A DNA stretch of 64,000 nucleotides, taken from Sulfuriferula sp. Its GTDB lineage: Bacteria; Pseudomonadota; Gammaproteobacteria; Burkholderiales; Sulfuriferulaceae. The notes under the pieces were generated by a model. The model was given only the letters and a program-made list of their open reading frames with translations. It did not search any database and was not told where the DNA came from. The stretch is from assembly GCA_035530335.1 (NCBI GenBank), contig DATKUZ010000028.1, positions 61,842 through 125,841 of the forward strand, written 5' to 3'. This document shows positions 21,552-31,862 of the stretch, piece after piece; the stretch's first letter is position 1, and each line of letters begins with the position of its first letter. Position numbers and translations under genes: made by a program.

Positions 21552-22732
21552 AACGCGTCCAATCCTCTTGCCAGATCAGCCTGAATGTCACGCACCGATT
21601 CCAGTCCGACGGCCACGCGCAACAGGCCGTCACCGATACTGGCCGCGCCACGCTGTTCCGCGGTCAATCGGCCATGGGTCGTCGTAGCAGGATGCGTGAT
21701 GGTGGTTTTAGCATCGCCCAGGTTTGCGGTGATCGAGATCATGCGGGTTGCGTCCACCACTTTCCATGCCGCTTCCTTGCCGCCTTTCACATCGAACGCA
21801 ACAATGCCGCCGCCGCTGCGCTGCTGACGCATGGCAAGCGCATGCTGCGGGTGCGATGGCAGGCCCGGATAATATACCCGCTCCACGCCAGGATGCTGCT
21901 CCAGCCAGGTCGCCAGTTGCAGCGCCGAGGCCGAATGCGCGTCCATGCGCAACTTGAGCGTTTCCAGCCCCTTCAGGAACACCCAGGCATTGAATGCACT
22001 GAGGGTGGGGCCGGCGGTACGCAAAAAGGTGAATACGCCCTCCATCAGCTCCTTGCTGCCCAGCACCGCCCCTCCCAGCACCCTGCCCTGGCCGTCCAGA
22101 TATTTGGTGGCGGAATGAATCACGATATCCGCGCCCAATTCCAGCGGGCGTTGCAGCGCCGGTGAGCAGAAGCAGTTGTCTACTGCAAGCCTGGCGCCGC
22201 TTTCCCCGGCCAGGGCGGCGAGCGCGCCGATGTCGCTGACTTCGGTCAGCGGATTGGAAGGCGATTCAACGAAAAACAGCTTGGTGTTGGGGCGTAGCGC
22301 GCGGCGCCATTCGTCCACATCCGTCGCCGACACCAGCGTGGTCTCGACCCCAAAGCGCGCCATGATGTTATTGAACAATTGCACTGTGGCGCCAAAGATG
22401 GAACGCGAGGCAACGATATGATCGCCAGCCGACAGCAGCCCCATCACCGTAGCCAGGATCGCGGACATGCCGGAGGCCGTGGCAACACAGCGCTCTGCGC
22501 CCTCCAACGCGGCCAGGCGCTGTTCGAACATGGTCACGGTGGGGTTGGTGAAACGCGCGTAGATATTGCCCGGTTCCTCGCCTTTGAAACGCGCCGCGGC
22601 CTGTGCTGCACTGTTGAACACGAAGCTGGAAGTGAGGAACAGCGCCTCGCTGTGCTCGTTGAACTGGCTGCGCACTGTACCGGCACGCACCCCCAGGGTT
22701 TCGATGTCGTATTGATCGTTGTCGTGATTCAT
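21548..22732 (-). CDS. metZ: O-succinylhomoserine sulfhydrylase
   Basis: HSEALFLTSSF, YARFTNPT, ASGMSA, HSATKYLDGQGR.LGG, NLGDAKTTITHPATTTH. ATG at 22732 follows GGAG. Confidence 0.93.
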   Translation of the reverse strand: MNHDNDQYDIETLGVRAGTVRSQFNEHSEALFLTSSFVFNSAAQAAARFKGEEPGNIYARFTNPTVTMFEQRLAALEGAERCVATASGMSAILATVMGLLSAGDHIVASRSIFGATVQLFNNIMARFGVETTLVSATDVDEWRRALRPNTKLFFVESPSNPLTEVSDIGALAALAGESGARLAVDNCFCSPALQRPLELGADIVIHSATKYLDGQGRVLGGAVLGSKELMEGVFTFLRTAGPTLSAFNAWVFLKGLETLKLRMDAHSASALQLATWLEQHPGVERVYYPGLPSHPQHALAMRQQRSGGGIVAFDVKGGKEAAWKVVDATRMISITANLGDAKTTITHPATTTHGRLTAEQRGAASIGDGLLRVAVGLESVRDIQADLARGLDAL

Positions 22733-22745
22733 GTCCACTCCAAAA

Positions 22746-22780
22746 TAAAAAGCCCGTTCAGCAGGAAAGCTGGAACGGGC
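22746..22780 (-). terminator. Intrinsic terminator in the metZ leader
   Basis: Minus strand GCCCGTTC(C)AGC-tttcct-GCTGAACGGGC followed by TTTTTATTTT. Confidence 0.8.
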
Positions 22781-22784
22781 CGTT

Positions 22785-22834
22785 CCGCTTTAGCTGAATT
22801 TATTAAGCGCCCGCAAGCTGTATCAAATCGGCGC
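22785..22834 (-). ncRNA. SAM-II riboswitch aptamer
   Basis: Minus strand GCGCCGAUUUGAUACAGCUUGCGGGCGCUUAAUAAAUUCAGCUAAAGCGG matches the SAM-II pattern GCGC-YGAUUU...UUGC..GCGC..AUAAA..AGCUAAA. It lies upstream of a methionine synthesis gene. Confidence 0.85.
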
Positions 22835-22840
22835 ATATTC

Positions 22841-22869
22841 AATTTATATCTGCAAAGCCTGGCTGTCAA
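22841..22869 (-). promoter_or_regulatory. Sigma70 promoter for the metZ leader
   Basis: TTGACA (overlapping the purF stop), 17-nt spacer, TAAATT. The predicted start falls at about 22834, the first base of the aptamer. Confidence 0.7.
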
Positions 22870-24398
22870 CTACCGTGCCCGCCAGCAACCAGATTAAGGT
22901 CGAGTTGCAAGGTATCCATACCGTTACCGTCTTTCTTGCCTGGATTGCAACGCAGGGACTCGATCAGCGCCAGATATTCCTGGGTGATATCGCCGGTCAC
23001 GTATTCGCCGTTGAAACAGGATGCGTCGAAGTGCTGCAAGGCCGGGTTGAGCTCGCGCACAGCCTCGATCAGCGCCTCAATGTCCTGATAAATCAGCGCA
23101 TCTGCGCCGATTTCGCGTGCGATTTCCGCGTCGTTGCGGCCGGTGGCGAGCAACTCCTGACGCGTCGGCATATCGATGCCGTACACGTTGGGGAAACGCA
23201 CCGGCGGCGCGGCGGAAGCAAAGAATACCTGACGCGCGCCGGCATCGCGTGCCATCTGCACAATCTCGCGGCTGGTGGTGCCGCGCACGATGGAATCGTC
23301 CACCAACAGCACGTTCTTGCCTTTGAATTCGATGCCGATGGCATTGAGCTTCTGGCGCACTGATTTCTTGCGCATGGCCTGCCCCGGCATGATGAACGTG
23401 CGACCAATGTAGCGATTCTTGATAAACCCTTCGCGATATGCCAAACCCAGCTGATTCGCCAGTTGCAGGGCGCTGGGACGACTGGTATCGGGAATCGGAA
23501 TGACCACGTCAATGTGCAGGTGGCTCCAGTCACGGCGAATCTTTTCCGCCAGGCTCTCGCCCATGCGCAGGCGGCTCTCGTAGACGGACACGCCATCGAT
23601 CACCGAATCCGGGCGCGCCAAGTAAACGTATTCGAAAATGCACGGATAGTATTTGGTCTGTTGAGCGCACTGCATGCTGTGAAACTGCCCGGCTGCGTCA
23701 ATATAGATCGCTTCGCCGGGCGCCACGTCGCGCATGATCTTGAAATCCAGCGCGTCGATCGCCACGCTTTCCGAGGCCACCATGTATTCGATGCCTTCCG
23801 CGCTCTGACGGCTGCCGATGATCAGCGGGCGGATGCCGTAAGTGTCACGAAACGCCAGCAGGCCATGCCCGGCGATCATCGCCACCACGGCATAGGCGCC
23901 CTTGCAGCGGCGATGCACACCTGATACCGCCTTGAAAATACGCTCCGGGCTCAGGCGCTGGCTGTTGCCCACCTCGACCAGTTCGTGCGCCAGCACATTC
24001 AGCAGCACCTCCGAATCGGAACTGGTATTGACGTGGCGCAGATCGAGACGGAACAGGTCTTCCTTGAGCTGATCCACATTGGTGAGATTGCCATTGTGGC
24101 CAAGCACGATGCCATACGGCGAATTGACATAAAACGGCTGCGCTTCTGCGCTGCTGGCGGCATCGCCGGCAGTCGGATAACGCACATGACCGATGCCGGC
24201 ATTGCCCAGCAGATTGCGCATGTCACGGGTACGGAATACATCGCGCACCAGCCCGTTGGCCTTGTGCATATGGAAAGTGTTGCCTTCTGCGGTAACAATG
24301 CCTGCCGCATCCTGGCCACGGTGCTGCAACACCAGCAGGCCATCGTAGAGCAGCTGGTTGACGGGATTATGGGAAACGATGCCGAGTATGCCGCACAT
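22866..24398 (-). CDS. purF: Amidophosphoribosyltransferase
   Basis: [51 protein letters not shown]. Confidence 0.98.
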   Translation of the reverse strand: MCGILGIVSHNPVNQLLYDGLLVLQHRGQDAAGIVTAEGNTFHMHKANGLVRDVFRTRDMRNLLGNAGIGHVRYPTAGDAASSAEAQPFYVNSPYGIVLGHNGNLTNVDQLKEDLFRLDLRHVNTSSDSEVLLNVLAHELVEVGNSQRLSPERIFKAVSGVHRRCKGAYAVVAMIAGHGLLAFRDTYGIRPLIIGSRQSAEGIEYMVASESVAIDALDFKIMRDVAPGEAIYIDAAGQFHSMQCAQQTKYYPCIFEYVYLARPDSVIDGVSVYESRLRMGESLAEKIRRDWSHLHIDVVIPIPDTSRPSALQLANQLGLAYREGFIKNRYIGRTFIMPGQAMRKKSVRQKLNAIGIEFKGKNVLLVDDSIVRGTTSREIVQMARDAGARQVFFASAAPPVRFPNVYGIDMPTRQELLATGRNDAEIAREIGADALIYQDIEALIEAVRELNPALQHFDASCFNGEYVTGDITQEYLALIESLRCNPGKKDGNGMDTLQLDLNLVAGGHGS

Positions 24399-24403
24399 GA
24401 TAA

Positions 24404-24895
24404 TTACCTGTAATGAATATGATTGGCCAGATCAATCGGCAACCACGGTTTAACCATAATGGCCAGGGGTTCAAACACCCCGGAAAGCGATGACTGTCGC
24501 CACGCCTGGGTTTTCGGCAGCTGGGTCAGCCCGGCCAGCAACACCAGGATGGTCACAATCACCATGCCACGTAAAAAGCCGAACACCACACCCAGCATGC
24601 GATCCACCGCACCCAAGCCGAGCGCTTTCAATGATTCGGACAACAGCAGGCTCAATAACATTGCCAGCGCCATCACCACGATGAATACCAGGATAAATCC
24701 GGCCAGGTAACGTAACGCCGGGTTGCCTATAAAATCCGGCATCACGCCAGCGGCGCTGCTGGCGAATGTTTTTGCTACAACAAAGGCCAGTACCCAGGCT
24801 GCCAGCGACAGTATCTCCTTGACTGCACCCCGCATCAGTCCAAGCAGTACTGACAGAGTGACGATGCCGATTACAACATAATCGAAACCGGTCAC
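24404..24895 (-). CDS. cvpA: Colicin V production protein
   Basis: D......S...G..RG..KE..SL..W, DR.LG..FG..RG. Sits between dedD and purF. Confidence 0.9.
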   Translation of the reverse strand: MTGFDYVVIGIVTLSVLLGLMRGAVKEILSLAAWVLAFVVAKTFASSAAGVMPDFIGNPALRYLAGFILVFIVVMALAMLLSLLLSESLKALGLGAVDRMLGVVFGFLRGMVIVTILVLLAGLTQLPKTQAWRQSSLSGVFEPLAIMVKPWLPIDLANHIHYR

Positions 24896-25611
24896 GGCTT
24901 GTCTATGCCCACCACTTTGGCTTGCACTCCGAGCAGCGCAATGCTGGCCTGGGTGCGATCCGCTTGCTCGCGGGTTTTGAATGGTCCCGCGCGTACTCTG
25001 GTTGCGCCACTCGGTAGCGTTTCAGTATAAGTATGAATCCCTCCCGCCAACAGCTTGTCGCGCAGTTGGCGCACATTTTCAGCATTGCTGAATGCCCCCA
25101 GCTGGACAACAAAATGGGTGGGGGGGGTGGATTTTTCAAGCGCCGTTTCGGCTGATTTGTGAGCAGCTTCGGCTTTTGGCAAAGGCTTTTCCGCGACTTT
25201 GCCGGCGGCCTGCTCCGGCTTGTGTGCAGCAACGGGTTTGGGTACAACCTGCTTGTGCTGGGTATCGGCGCCTGCAGCTGTCCTGGATTGGGTGGCGGTC
25301 GGTTCAGTCTGGCCGACAGCCTCCGCAGGGGATGGCGTGTCAGGTTTATCTGCTGCAATCGGCTCTGGTTGCGGAACGGCTACCGGGGCAGGCGGTGCGC
25401 TGGCCGCCACCTGCGGCGCGGCGGCCAGTGGCGCTGTTGTTTGCGAAGGAATGCGGATTTCAATATCGCGATCCAGCGGACGCGGCTGCTTGTCAAGCAA
25501 CATGGGCAGAACGATCGCCGCCAGCAACAGCAGCGTAGCTGCGCCAAGCAAGCGGCGGCGCGCCCGGCGGCGCATCCGCAGTTGTTCTTCAGAAGTGGCT
25601 TGAATGGCCAT
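24892..25611 (-). CDS. dedD: SPOR-domain cell division protein
   Basis: RRRARRRL.GA TM anchor, Pro/Ala linker, C-terminal VQLGAFSN...RVRAGPF SPOR domain. Confidence 0.85.
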   Translation of the reverse strand: MAIQATSEEQLRMRRRARRRLLGAATLLLLAAIVLPMLLDKQPRPLDRDIEIRIPSQTTAPLAAAPQVAASAPPAPVAVPQPEPIAADKPDTPSPAEAVGQTEPTATQSRTAAGADTQHKQVVPKPVAAHKPEQAAGKVAEKPLPKAEAAHKSAETALEKSTPPTHFVVQLGAFSNAENVRQLRDKLLAGGIHTYTETLPSGATRVRAGPFKTREQADRTQASIALLGVQAKVVGIDKP

Positions 25612-25629
25612 GATGCAATATTTTCCTGT

Positions 25630-26898
25630 TTATCCGCCGGTAAGCTGCAACACGCGCGCGACAGTGTAGAAGGAACCAAAGACGCAGATTCTATCATTTT
25701 CGCGGGCCCGTTCACAGGCAAGCCGCCACGCCTCTGCCACACTATCGCTGCACGTTATCGGTGCGCTGACGCCTGCTTCATGCAGCGCATCGTGAAGCAC
25801 CTGTGCAGTAGCGCCACGCGCCACATCCAGGCTGGCCAGCAGCCATTCGTCTACCTCGTGCTGCATGGCCTGCACCACACCGGCGATATCCTTGTCTGCC
25901 AGCATCGCACACAGTGCCAGCGTTTTGCCGCTGCCGGGTCGGGCTTGCAAATTAGCTGCCAGCGCACGAGCGGCATGGGGATTGTGCGCCACATCGAGCA
26001 CCACTTCGGGCTGCCCCGGCAATACCTGGAAGCGCCCCGCCGCGTGCGTCGTCTGCAAGCCCAGGCGAATCGCCGCCTCGGTCACCGGCAGGCGCTCGTG
26101 GAGGGTTTCCAGCGCAGCAATCGCGCAGGCGGCATTGTTGAATTGATACCGACCCGGCATGACTGGGTTGGGTAAATTCCGGTATTCATGCTGCCCGCTG
26201 TAATGCCAGTCGCTTGCTTCTGGCGCAACGCTGAACGCTTCAGCCATGACGCGCAAATCCGCGCCGATGTTAGCGGCATGTTGCAACAACGATTGCGGCG
26301 GGTGGTCATCTCCACAAATTGCCGGACGTCCGGCGCGAAAAATACCGGCTTTTTCAAACCCGATTTTCTCGCGCGTATCGCCCAGATAATCGGTGTGATC
26401 GATGTCCACGCTGGTGACAATCGCGCATTCCGGGTCGAACGCATTGACTGCATCCAGCCGCCCGCCCAGTCCTACCTCCAGCACCGCCACATCGACTTCG
26501 GCACGGGCAAACAGCCACACGGCGGCCAGCGTGCCAAACTCGAAATAACTCAGCGACACCGGACCGCGTGCGGTCTCGACTGCAGAAAAAGCCGCGCACA
26601 GCGCTGCGTCATCCACTTCGCGATTATCGATGCGCACACGCTCGTTATAGCGCAGCAGATGCGGCGAGGTGTACAGTCCCACCCGATACCCTGCTGCCGT
26701 GAGCATGGCTTCCAGATAGGCGCAAGTCGATCCTTTGCCGTTGGTACCCCCGACGATGATGACAGGCAAGGACGGTGCGAGCTGCAGCGCGGTCTTGACC
26801 GCGTGGACACGCGCCAGTCCCAGTTCGATGGTTTTGTGATGCAGGGACTCAAGGTGGCCAAGCCAGTCCGCCAGATTGACCGGATGATGCTCCGCCAT
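25630..26898 (-). CDS. folC: Folylpolyglutamate/dihydrofolate synthase
   Basis: VGGTNGKGST, YTSPHL..YNER, LEVGLGGRLDAVN, DVAHNP. Confidence 0.96.
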   Translation of the reverse strand: MAEHHPVNLADWLGHLESLHHKTIELGLARVHAVKTALQLAPSLPVIIVGGTNGKGSTCAYLEAMLTAAGYRVGLYTSPHLLRYNERVRIDNREVDDAALCAAFSAVETARGPVSLSYFEFGTLAAVWLFARAEVDVAVLEVGLGGRLDAVNAFDPECAIVTSVDIDHTDYLGDTREKIGFEKAGIFRAGRPAICGDDHPPQSLLQHAANIGADLRVMAEAFSVAPEASDWHYSGQHEYRNLPNPVMPGRYQFNNAACAIAALETLHERLPVTEAAIRLGLQTTHAAGRFQVLPGQPEVVLDVAHNPHAARALAANLQARPGSGKTLALCAMLADKDIAGVVQAMQHEVDEWLLASLDVARGATAQVLHDALHEAGVSAPITCSDSVAEAWRLACERARENDRICVFGSFYTVARVLQLTGG

Positions 26899-27771
26899 TC
26901 AGGCAGCAGCAGGCAGCCGCAGCATCATGGTGAGCAGGCTGGCCAGCCGCTCGCGCATTTCGCGGCGGTCAATAATCAGGTCAATCGCACCGTGCTGCTG
27001 CAGGAACTCGGAACGCTGGAAGCCCTCCGGCAGGGTTTCCCGCACCGTCTGCTCAATCACACGCGGCCCGGCAAAGCCAATCAGGGCTTTCGGCTCAGCG
27101 ATGATGATATCTCCAAGCATGGCAAAGCTGGCCGACACCCCACCCATGGTTGGATCGGTCAGCACCGAAATGAACGGTAATTTCGCCTCGGCCAGCCTGG
27201 TAAGCGCCGCGCTGGTCTTGGCCATCTGCATCAGCGAGAACAGCCCCTCCTGCATGCGCGCTCCGCCGCTGGCGGCATAACAGACGAACGGCAACTTGTG
27301 CTCCACACACGCTTCGACACCGCGCACAAAACGCTCGCCCACCACCGCGCCCATGGAGCCGCCCATGAACTTGAATTCAAACGCCGCCACCACCACCGGT
27401 ACCGTCAGCACGCTGCCCTGTATGACAATCAGCGCGTCTTTTTCCTCGGTGGCGCGCTGGGCCTCGGTCAAACGATCGATGTAGCGCTTGCTGTCCTTGA
27501 ATTTCAGCGTATCCAGCGGTGTCACCTCGGCGCCGATCTCGTGCCGCCCCTCCGCATCCAGCAACATCTCCAGCCGGGCACGCGCATCAATACGATGATG
27601 GTGGCCACACTTGGGGCAGACTTCCAGATTGTTTTCCAGATCAGCGCGGTACAGCACCGTTTCACACGCCGGACACTTGCTCCACAACCCTTCCGGCATG
27701 ACTTTCTTGACCGCACCATCGGCTTCTCTGCGATTAATCTTGGGGCGCAGGATTTTCTGGAACCAGCTCAT
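26899..27771 (-). CDS. accD: Acetyl-CoA carboxylase carboxyltransferase beta subunit
   Basis: [40 protein letters not shown]. Confidence 0.97.
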   Translation of the reverse strand: MSWFQKILRPKINRREADGAVKKVMPEGLWSKCPACETVLYRADLENNLEVCPKCGHHHRIDARARLEMLLDAEGRHEIGAEVTPLDTLKFKDSKRYIDRLTEAQRATEEKDALIVIQGSVLTVPVVVAAFEFKFMGGSMGAVVGERFVRGVEACVEHKLPFVCYAASGGARMQEGLFSLMQMAKTSAALTRLAEAKLPFISVLTDPTMGGVSASFAMLGDIIIAEPKALIGFAGPRVIEQTVRETLPEGFQRSEFLQQHGAIDLIIDRREMRERLASLLTMMLRLPAAA

Positions 27772-27780
27772 GGGATTTCC

Positions 27781-28581
27781 TTATTGTGCGTCCATCGCAG
27801 CGCGGATGCCGCGCACGAAGGTACCGAGATTTTCAATAACTTGCTCGCGCGGGGAATTTTCTATTTCCTGCACGATACGGCTGCCAATCACCACGGCATC
27901 GGCAAACTGGGCGATAGCGTGGGCGGTTTCACCATCACGAACACCGAATCCCACACCCACCGGCAGTCCACAATGCTCTCGGATGGCGGGAATATGCGAC
28001 GCTACCTCGGCCAGATCCAGACTGGCCGAACCGGTCACTCCCTTGAGCGAAACGTAATACACAAAACCGCTGGCCTTCTGCGCCACCACGTTGATGCGCG
28101 CCTCCGGCGTGGTCGGCGAGAGCAGAAAAATCATGTCCACGCCACGGGCGGCAAACACATCGGCTACACCCGTGCTTTCCTCGGGCGGAATATCCACCGT
28201 CAACACACCGTCCACGCCGGCAGCTGCAGCGTTGCGGGCAAATGTCTCATACCCCATGTGCTCCACCGGATTGGCGTAGCCCATCAGCACAATAGGCGTG
28301 ACGGCATTGGTTTTACGGAATTCCGCCACCATCGCCAGCACATCCTTCAACCCGACATGGTGCTTCAGCGCACGCTCGGACGCGCGCTGGATGGTCGGTC
28401 CATCCGCCATCGGGTCGGAAAACGGCACCCCCAGCTCGATGATGTCCGCCCCGGCCGCCGCCAGTGCATGCAGAATCGGCACCGTGAGCTGCGGGTCAGG
28501 GTCGCCAGCTGTGACGAAAGGAATCAGCGCGGTTTTGTGTTGCGCTTTGAGTTGCTCAAAAATGGATGAAATACGAGACAT
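27781..28581 (-). CDS. trpA: Tryptophan synthase alpha chain
   Basis: [32 protein letters not shown]. Confidence 0.97.
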   Translation of the reverse strand: MSRISSIFEQLKAQHKTALIPFVTAGDPDPQLTVPILHALAAAGADIIELGVPFSDPMADGPTIQRASERALKHHVGLKDVLAMVAEFRKTNAVTPIVLMGYANPVEHMGYETFARNAAAAGVDGVLTVDIPPEESTGVADVFAARGVDMIFLLSPTTPEARINVVAQKASGFVYYVSLKGVTGSASLDLAEVASHIPAIREHCGLPVGVGFGVRDGETAHAIAQFADAVVIGSRIVQEIENSPREQVIENLGTFVRGIRAAMDAQ

Positions 28582-28599
28582 AAAAATTTCCAGCTTGTT

Positions 28600-29799
28600 T
28601 TATAGTTCGATACCGGACAAACGCGCCACGGTATTGATGTCCTTATCCCCGCGCCCGGACAGGTTGACCAGCAGCACCTGATCCTTGCTCATGCCAGGCG
28701 CAATCTTGGCCGCGTGAGCGAGTGCATGGCTGGATTCCAGCGCCGGGATGATGCCTTCAAACCGGCATAAATCATGGAAGGCACGCAGGGCTTCGTCGTC
28801 GTTGATGGCAACGTACTCGGCGCGGCCGCTGTCTTTGAGCCAGGCGTGTTCGGGGCCGACGCCGGGGTAGTCAAGGCCGGCGGAGATGGAGTGGGTTTCG
28901 ATGATCTGGCCGTTTTCGTCCTGCATCAGATAGCTGCGGAAGCCGTGCAGCACGCCGGGAGTACCGGCAGACAGGGGCGCTGCGTGGCGGCCTGTGGCAA
29001 CACCGTCACCGCCGGCTTCGACGCCGATCAGACGCACCTTTTCATATTCGATATAAGGATGGAAAATGCCGATGGCGTTGGAGCCGCCGCCGACGCAGGC
29101 GATGATTGCATCGGGCTGGCGCCCAATCATGTCAGGCATCTGGGTTAGGCATTCATCACCAATGACCGACTGGAAATCGCGCACCAGCATGGGGTAAGGG
29201 TGCGGACCGGCGGCAGTACCCAGAATGTAGAAGGTGGATTCGACGTTGGTAACCCAGTCGCGCATGGCTTCGTTGAGTGCGTCTTTCAAGGTTTTTGAAC
29301 CGGAAGACACCGGCACGACGGTGGCGCCGAGGAGTTTCATGCGATACACATTGGGCGACTGCCGCACCACATCATCGGCGCCCATGTAGACGACACATTC
29401 CATGCCGTAGCGTGCAGCGACGGTGGCGGAGGCAACGCCATGCTGGCCCGCGCCAGTTTCGGCGATGACGCGCTTCTTGCCCATGCGCCGTGCCAACAGT
29501 GCTTGGCCGATGGTATTGTTTATTTTGTGAGCGCCGGTGTGGTTAAGGTCTTCGCGCTTGAGATAAAGCTGCGCGCCGCCCAGGTGCTCCGACCAGCGCT
29601 TGGCATGATAAATCGGACTGGGGCGGCCAACATAGTGCTTTAATTCGTAGCGGAATTCAGCCATGAAAGCGGCATCCTTGCGCGCCAGCTCGTACTCGCG
29701 GCGCAGCTCGTCGAGCGCGGCGATCAGCGTCTCTGCCACGAAAATGCCGCCGTAAGGGCCAAAATGTCCGCGTTCGTCCGGAAGTTCACCGATCCGCAT
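28600..29799 (-). CDS. trpB: Tryptophan synthase beta chain
   Basis: [52 protein letters not shown]. Confidence 0.98.
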   Translation of the reverse strand: MRIGELPDERGHFGPYGGIFVAETLIAALDELRREYELARKDAAFMAEFRYELKHYVGRPSPIYHAKRWSEHLGGAQLYLKREDLNHTGAHKINNTIGQALLARRMGKKRVIAETGAGQHGVASATVAARYGMECVVYMGADDVVRQSPNVYRMKLLGATVVPVSSGSKTLKDALNEAMRDWVTNVESTFYILGTAAGPHPYPMLVRDFQSVIGDECLTQMPDMIGRQPDAIIACVGGGSNAIGIFHPYIEYEKVRLIGVEAGGDGVATGRHAAPLSAGTPGVLHGFRSYLMQDENGQIIETHSISAGLDYPGVGPEHAWLKDSGRAEYVAINDDEALRAFHDLCRFEGIIPALESSHALAHAAKIAPGMSKDQVLLVNLSGRGDKDINTVARLSGIEL

Positions 29800-30409
29800 T
29801 GCTCACCTCTTGAATAAATTGTGCGACCTTTGCCGCGTCCTTGATGCCTTTGCTTATCTCGACGCCACTGGAAACATCGACTGCCCACGGGTGCACACGG
29901 TGCACGGCGTGGCGCACGTTTTCCGGCTCCAGCCCGCCGGAGAGTATCAGCGGTAGCGGCAGGTTTTCCGGAATCAGCGCCCAATCGAACGATTGACCCG
30001 TACCACCAGCCTGACCGGGCACGAAGGCATCCAGCAGCAAGCCCTGCGCATCTGCATATAGGGTCGCGTATTGTACCAAATTCAGGCCCGCCCTGACCCG
30101 CGCTGCCTTGATATAAGGCACACCAAACTGGCGACAGTATGCGGGCGATTCGTCGCCGTGGAATTGCAGCAGGTCGGGGCGTACATCCGTCAGTACTGTT
30201 TCCACTTGTGCCGGGTCGGCGTCCACAAACAACGCGACGCTGGTAACAAACGCAGGCAGCGCACGGCTAATGGCGCGAGCCTGCCCCAGCGTGACGTTAC
30301 GCGGACTGGGTGGATAGAACACCAGGCCGATGGCATCCGCGCCGCAGCGGGCAGCGTGCAAAGCATCGGTCACGCGGGTCAGGCCGCAGATTTTGATTCG
30401 GGTTCGCAT
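29786..30409 (-). CDS. trpF: Phosphoribosylanthranilate isomerase
   Basis: [36 protein letters not shown]. Confidence 0.97.
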   Translation of the reverse strand: MRTRIKICGLTRVTDALHAARCGADAIGLVFYPPSPRNVTLGQARAISRALPAFVTSVALFVDADPAQVETVLTDVRPDLLQFHGDESPAYCRQFGVPYIKAARVRAGLNLVQYATLYADAQGLLLDAFVPGQAGGTGQSFDWALIPENLPLPLILSGGLEPENVRHAVHRVHPWAVDVSSGVEISKGIKDAAKVAQFIQEVSNADR

Positions 30410-30421
30410 GGAAAAATCAGT

Positions 30422-31198
30422 TCAGAAATCAAGGCGTTGTGCTGTTGGCAAGCCCCATTCTTCAGCATATTGCACAGCGCTCAAGTATAACCCATCCGGC
30501 GCGAAGGTCGGCGCGGCAAGCTTGCGGTCGCGCTGTTGCAGCAGCTCGGCCACCCAGTACGGCGGATACCGGCCCTTGCCCACGTACACCAGGGCACTCA
30601 CAATATTGCGCACCATGTGATGCAGGAAGGCGTTGGCGCTGAGGTCGAATACGATGCGGTCGCCGTGGCGCGTGACTTCAAGATGGCGTAGCTCGCGCAC
30701 CGGGGATTTCGCCTGGCAGGCGGCAGCGCGAAAAGCACTGAAATCATGCGCGCCAACCAGCAGTTGCGCCGCTTCGCGCATGGGTTCGAGCGCCAGCGGG
30801 GCATGAAACCAGCCTACCCGGCCGGCCTGCAATGCCGGGCGCACCGGATGGTTGAGCAGCACATAGCGGTAGCTGCGGGACAATGCGCTGAAACGGGCGT
30901 GGAAGTCCTGCGGCACCGTGCGCGCCCACAGCACCGCCACGCTGTCCGGAAGAAAGCTGTTGACGCCGCGCACCCAGGCGCTTTCAGGGCGCTCGAAGTG
31001 CGCCTCGAAATGCACCACCTGCATGGCGGCGTGGACACCGGCATCGGTACGTCCGGCAGCGACAACCTCAACCGGGTGACCGGCAATACTCGTCAATGCC
31101 TGCTGCAACGCATCCTGCACGCTGCAGCCATCGGGTTGCGTCTGCCAGCCGCAAAAACGCCGGCCGTCATACTCCAGCCCAAGTGCAATTCTTACCAT
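30422..31198 (-). CDS. truA: tRNA pseudouridine(38-40) synthase
   Basis: EYDG..F.GWQ.Q, AAGRTDAGVHA, FHARFSA, AFLHHMVRNIV. Confidence 0.97.
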   Translation of the reverse strand: MVRIALGLEYDGRRFCGWQTQPDGCSVQDALQQALTSIAGHPVEVVAAGRTDAGVHAAMQVVHFEAHFERPESAWVRGVNSFLPDSVAVLWARTVPQDFHARFSALSRSYRYVLLNHPVRPALQAGRVGWFHAPLALEPMREAAQLLVGAHDFSAFRAAACQAKSPVRELRHLEVTRHGDRIVFDLSANAFLHHMVRNIVSALVYVGKGRYPPYWVAELLQQRDRKLAAPTFAPDGLYLSAVQYAEEWGLPTAQRLDF

Positions 31199-31208
31199 GG
31201 CGAGATGC

Positions 31209-31862
31209 CTACCACAGCGTGACGGTGGCGACGCCTATCGCCAGCAGCAAACATAGATAATCGGTCCAACCCATTGGCAGATCCGGCAACTCGATGTGCG
31301 ATTGCACATTGGGCAACGCCTCATTTAACTGCAGTGCGCCAAGACGCTGCTTCATGTTTATTTTTTGCTGATTCCCCAAGGCGGCCTCGGCATAGTGCAG
31401 GGTAAGCCAGAGACGCACGGCGATGCGCTCCACATCCACTCCCAGCCACTGCAGCGGATGCAATATCCGGTATATGCCTAATAGCAAAGCGGTGCGCGGA
31501 ATGCGCATCATCAGGATAGAAAGGGCGGCAAGCAGCAATGTCATGCGCGCGATACGCAGCACACCGTGCTGCAGACCTTGCACGCTCGGACTGAGACTGC
31601 CCAGCATGCTGGACACATGTTCACCCGGCAGCGTGTAGGCATAGATCATCAGCAACGAGAGCAGCAGCCAGCGCGTGCGACGCAAGTAGCGAAAAAACTG
31701 CGTTAACGTGGCGCCCTGCAGCCAGGGCAGCAATGCCAGAGCAGCCAGGCCAAGCGCTGGCGGACGGACGAATTCAAGCCACACCACAAAAAACAGCCAC
31801 AGCACGATGGCTGTGGCTGGATGCAGCTTGCAACGAATGGATAAAATGGAACTGTGCATCAA
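31209..31862 (-). CDS. EcfT/CbiQ-like ECF transporter T-component
   Basis: Hydrophobic, RR.RWL..S, YAYT.PG, RIAVRL.LTL.YAE. Confidence 0.6.
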   Translation of the reverse strand: MMHSSILSIRCKLHPATAIVLWLFFVVWLEFVRPPALGLAALALLPWLQGATLTQFFRYLRRTRWLLLSLLMIYAYTLPGEHVSSMLGSLSPSVQGLQHGVLRIARMTLLLAALSILMMRIPRTALLLGIYRILHPLQWLGVDVERIAVRLWLTLHYAEAALGNQQKINMKQRLGALQLNEALPNVQSHIELPDLPMGWTDYLCLLLAIGVATVTLW

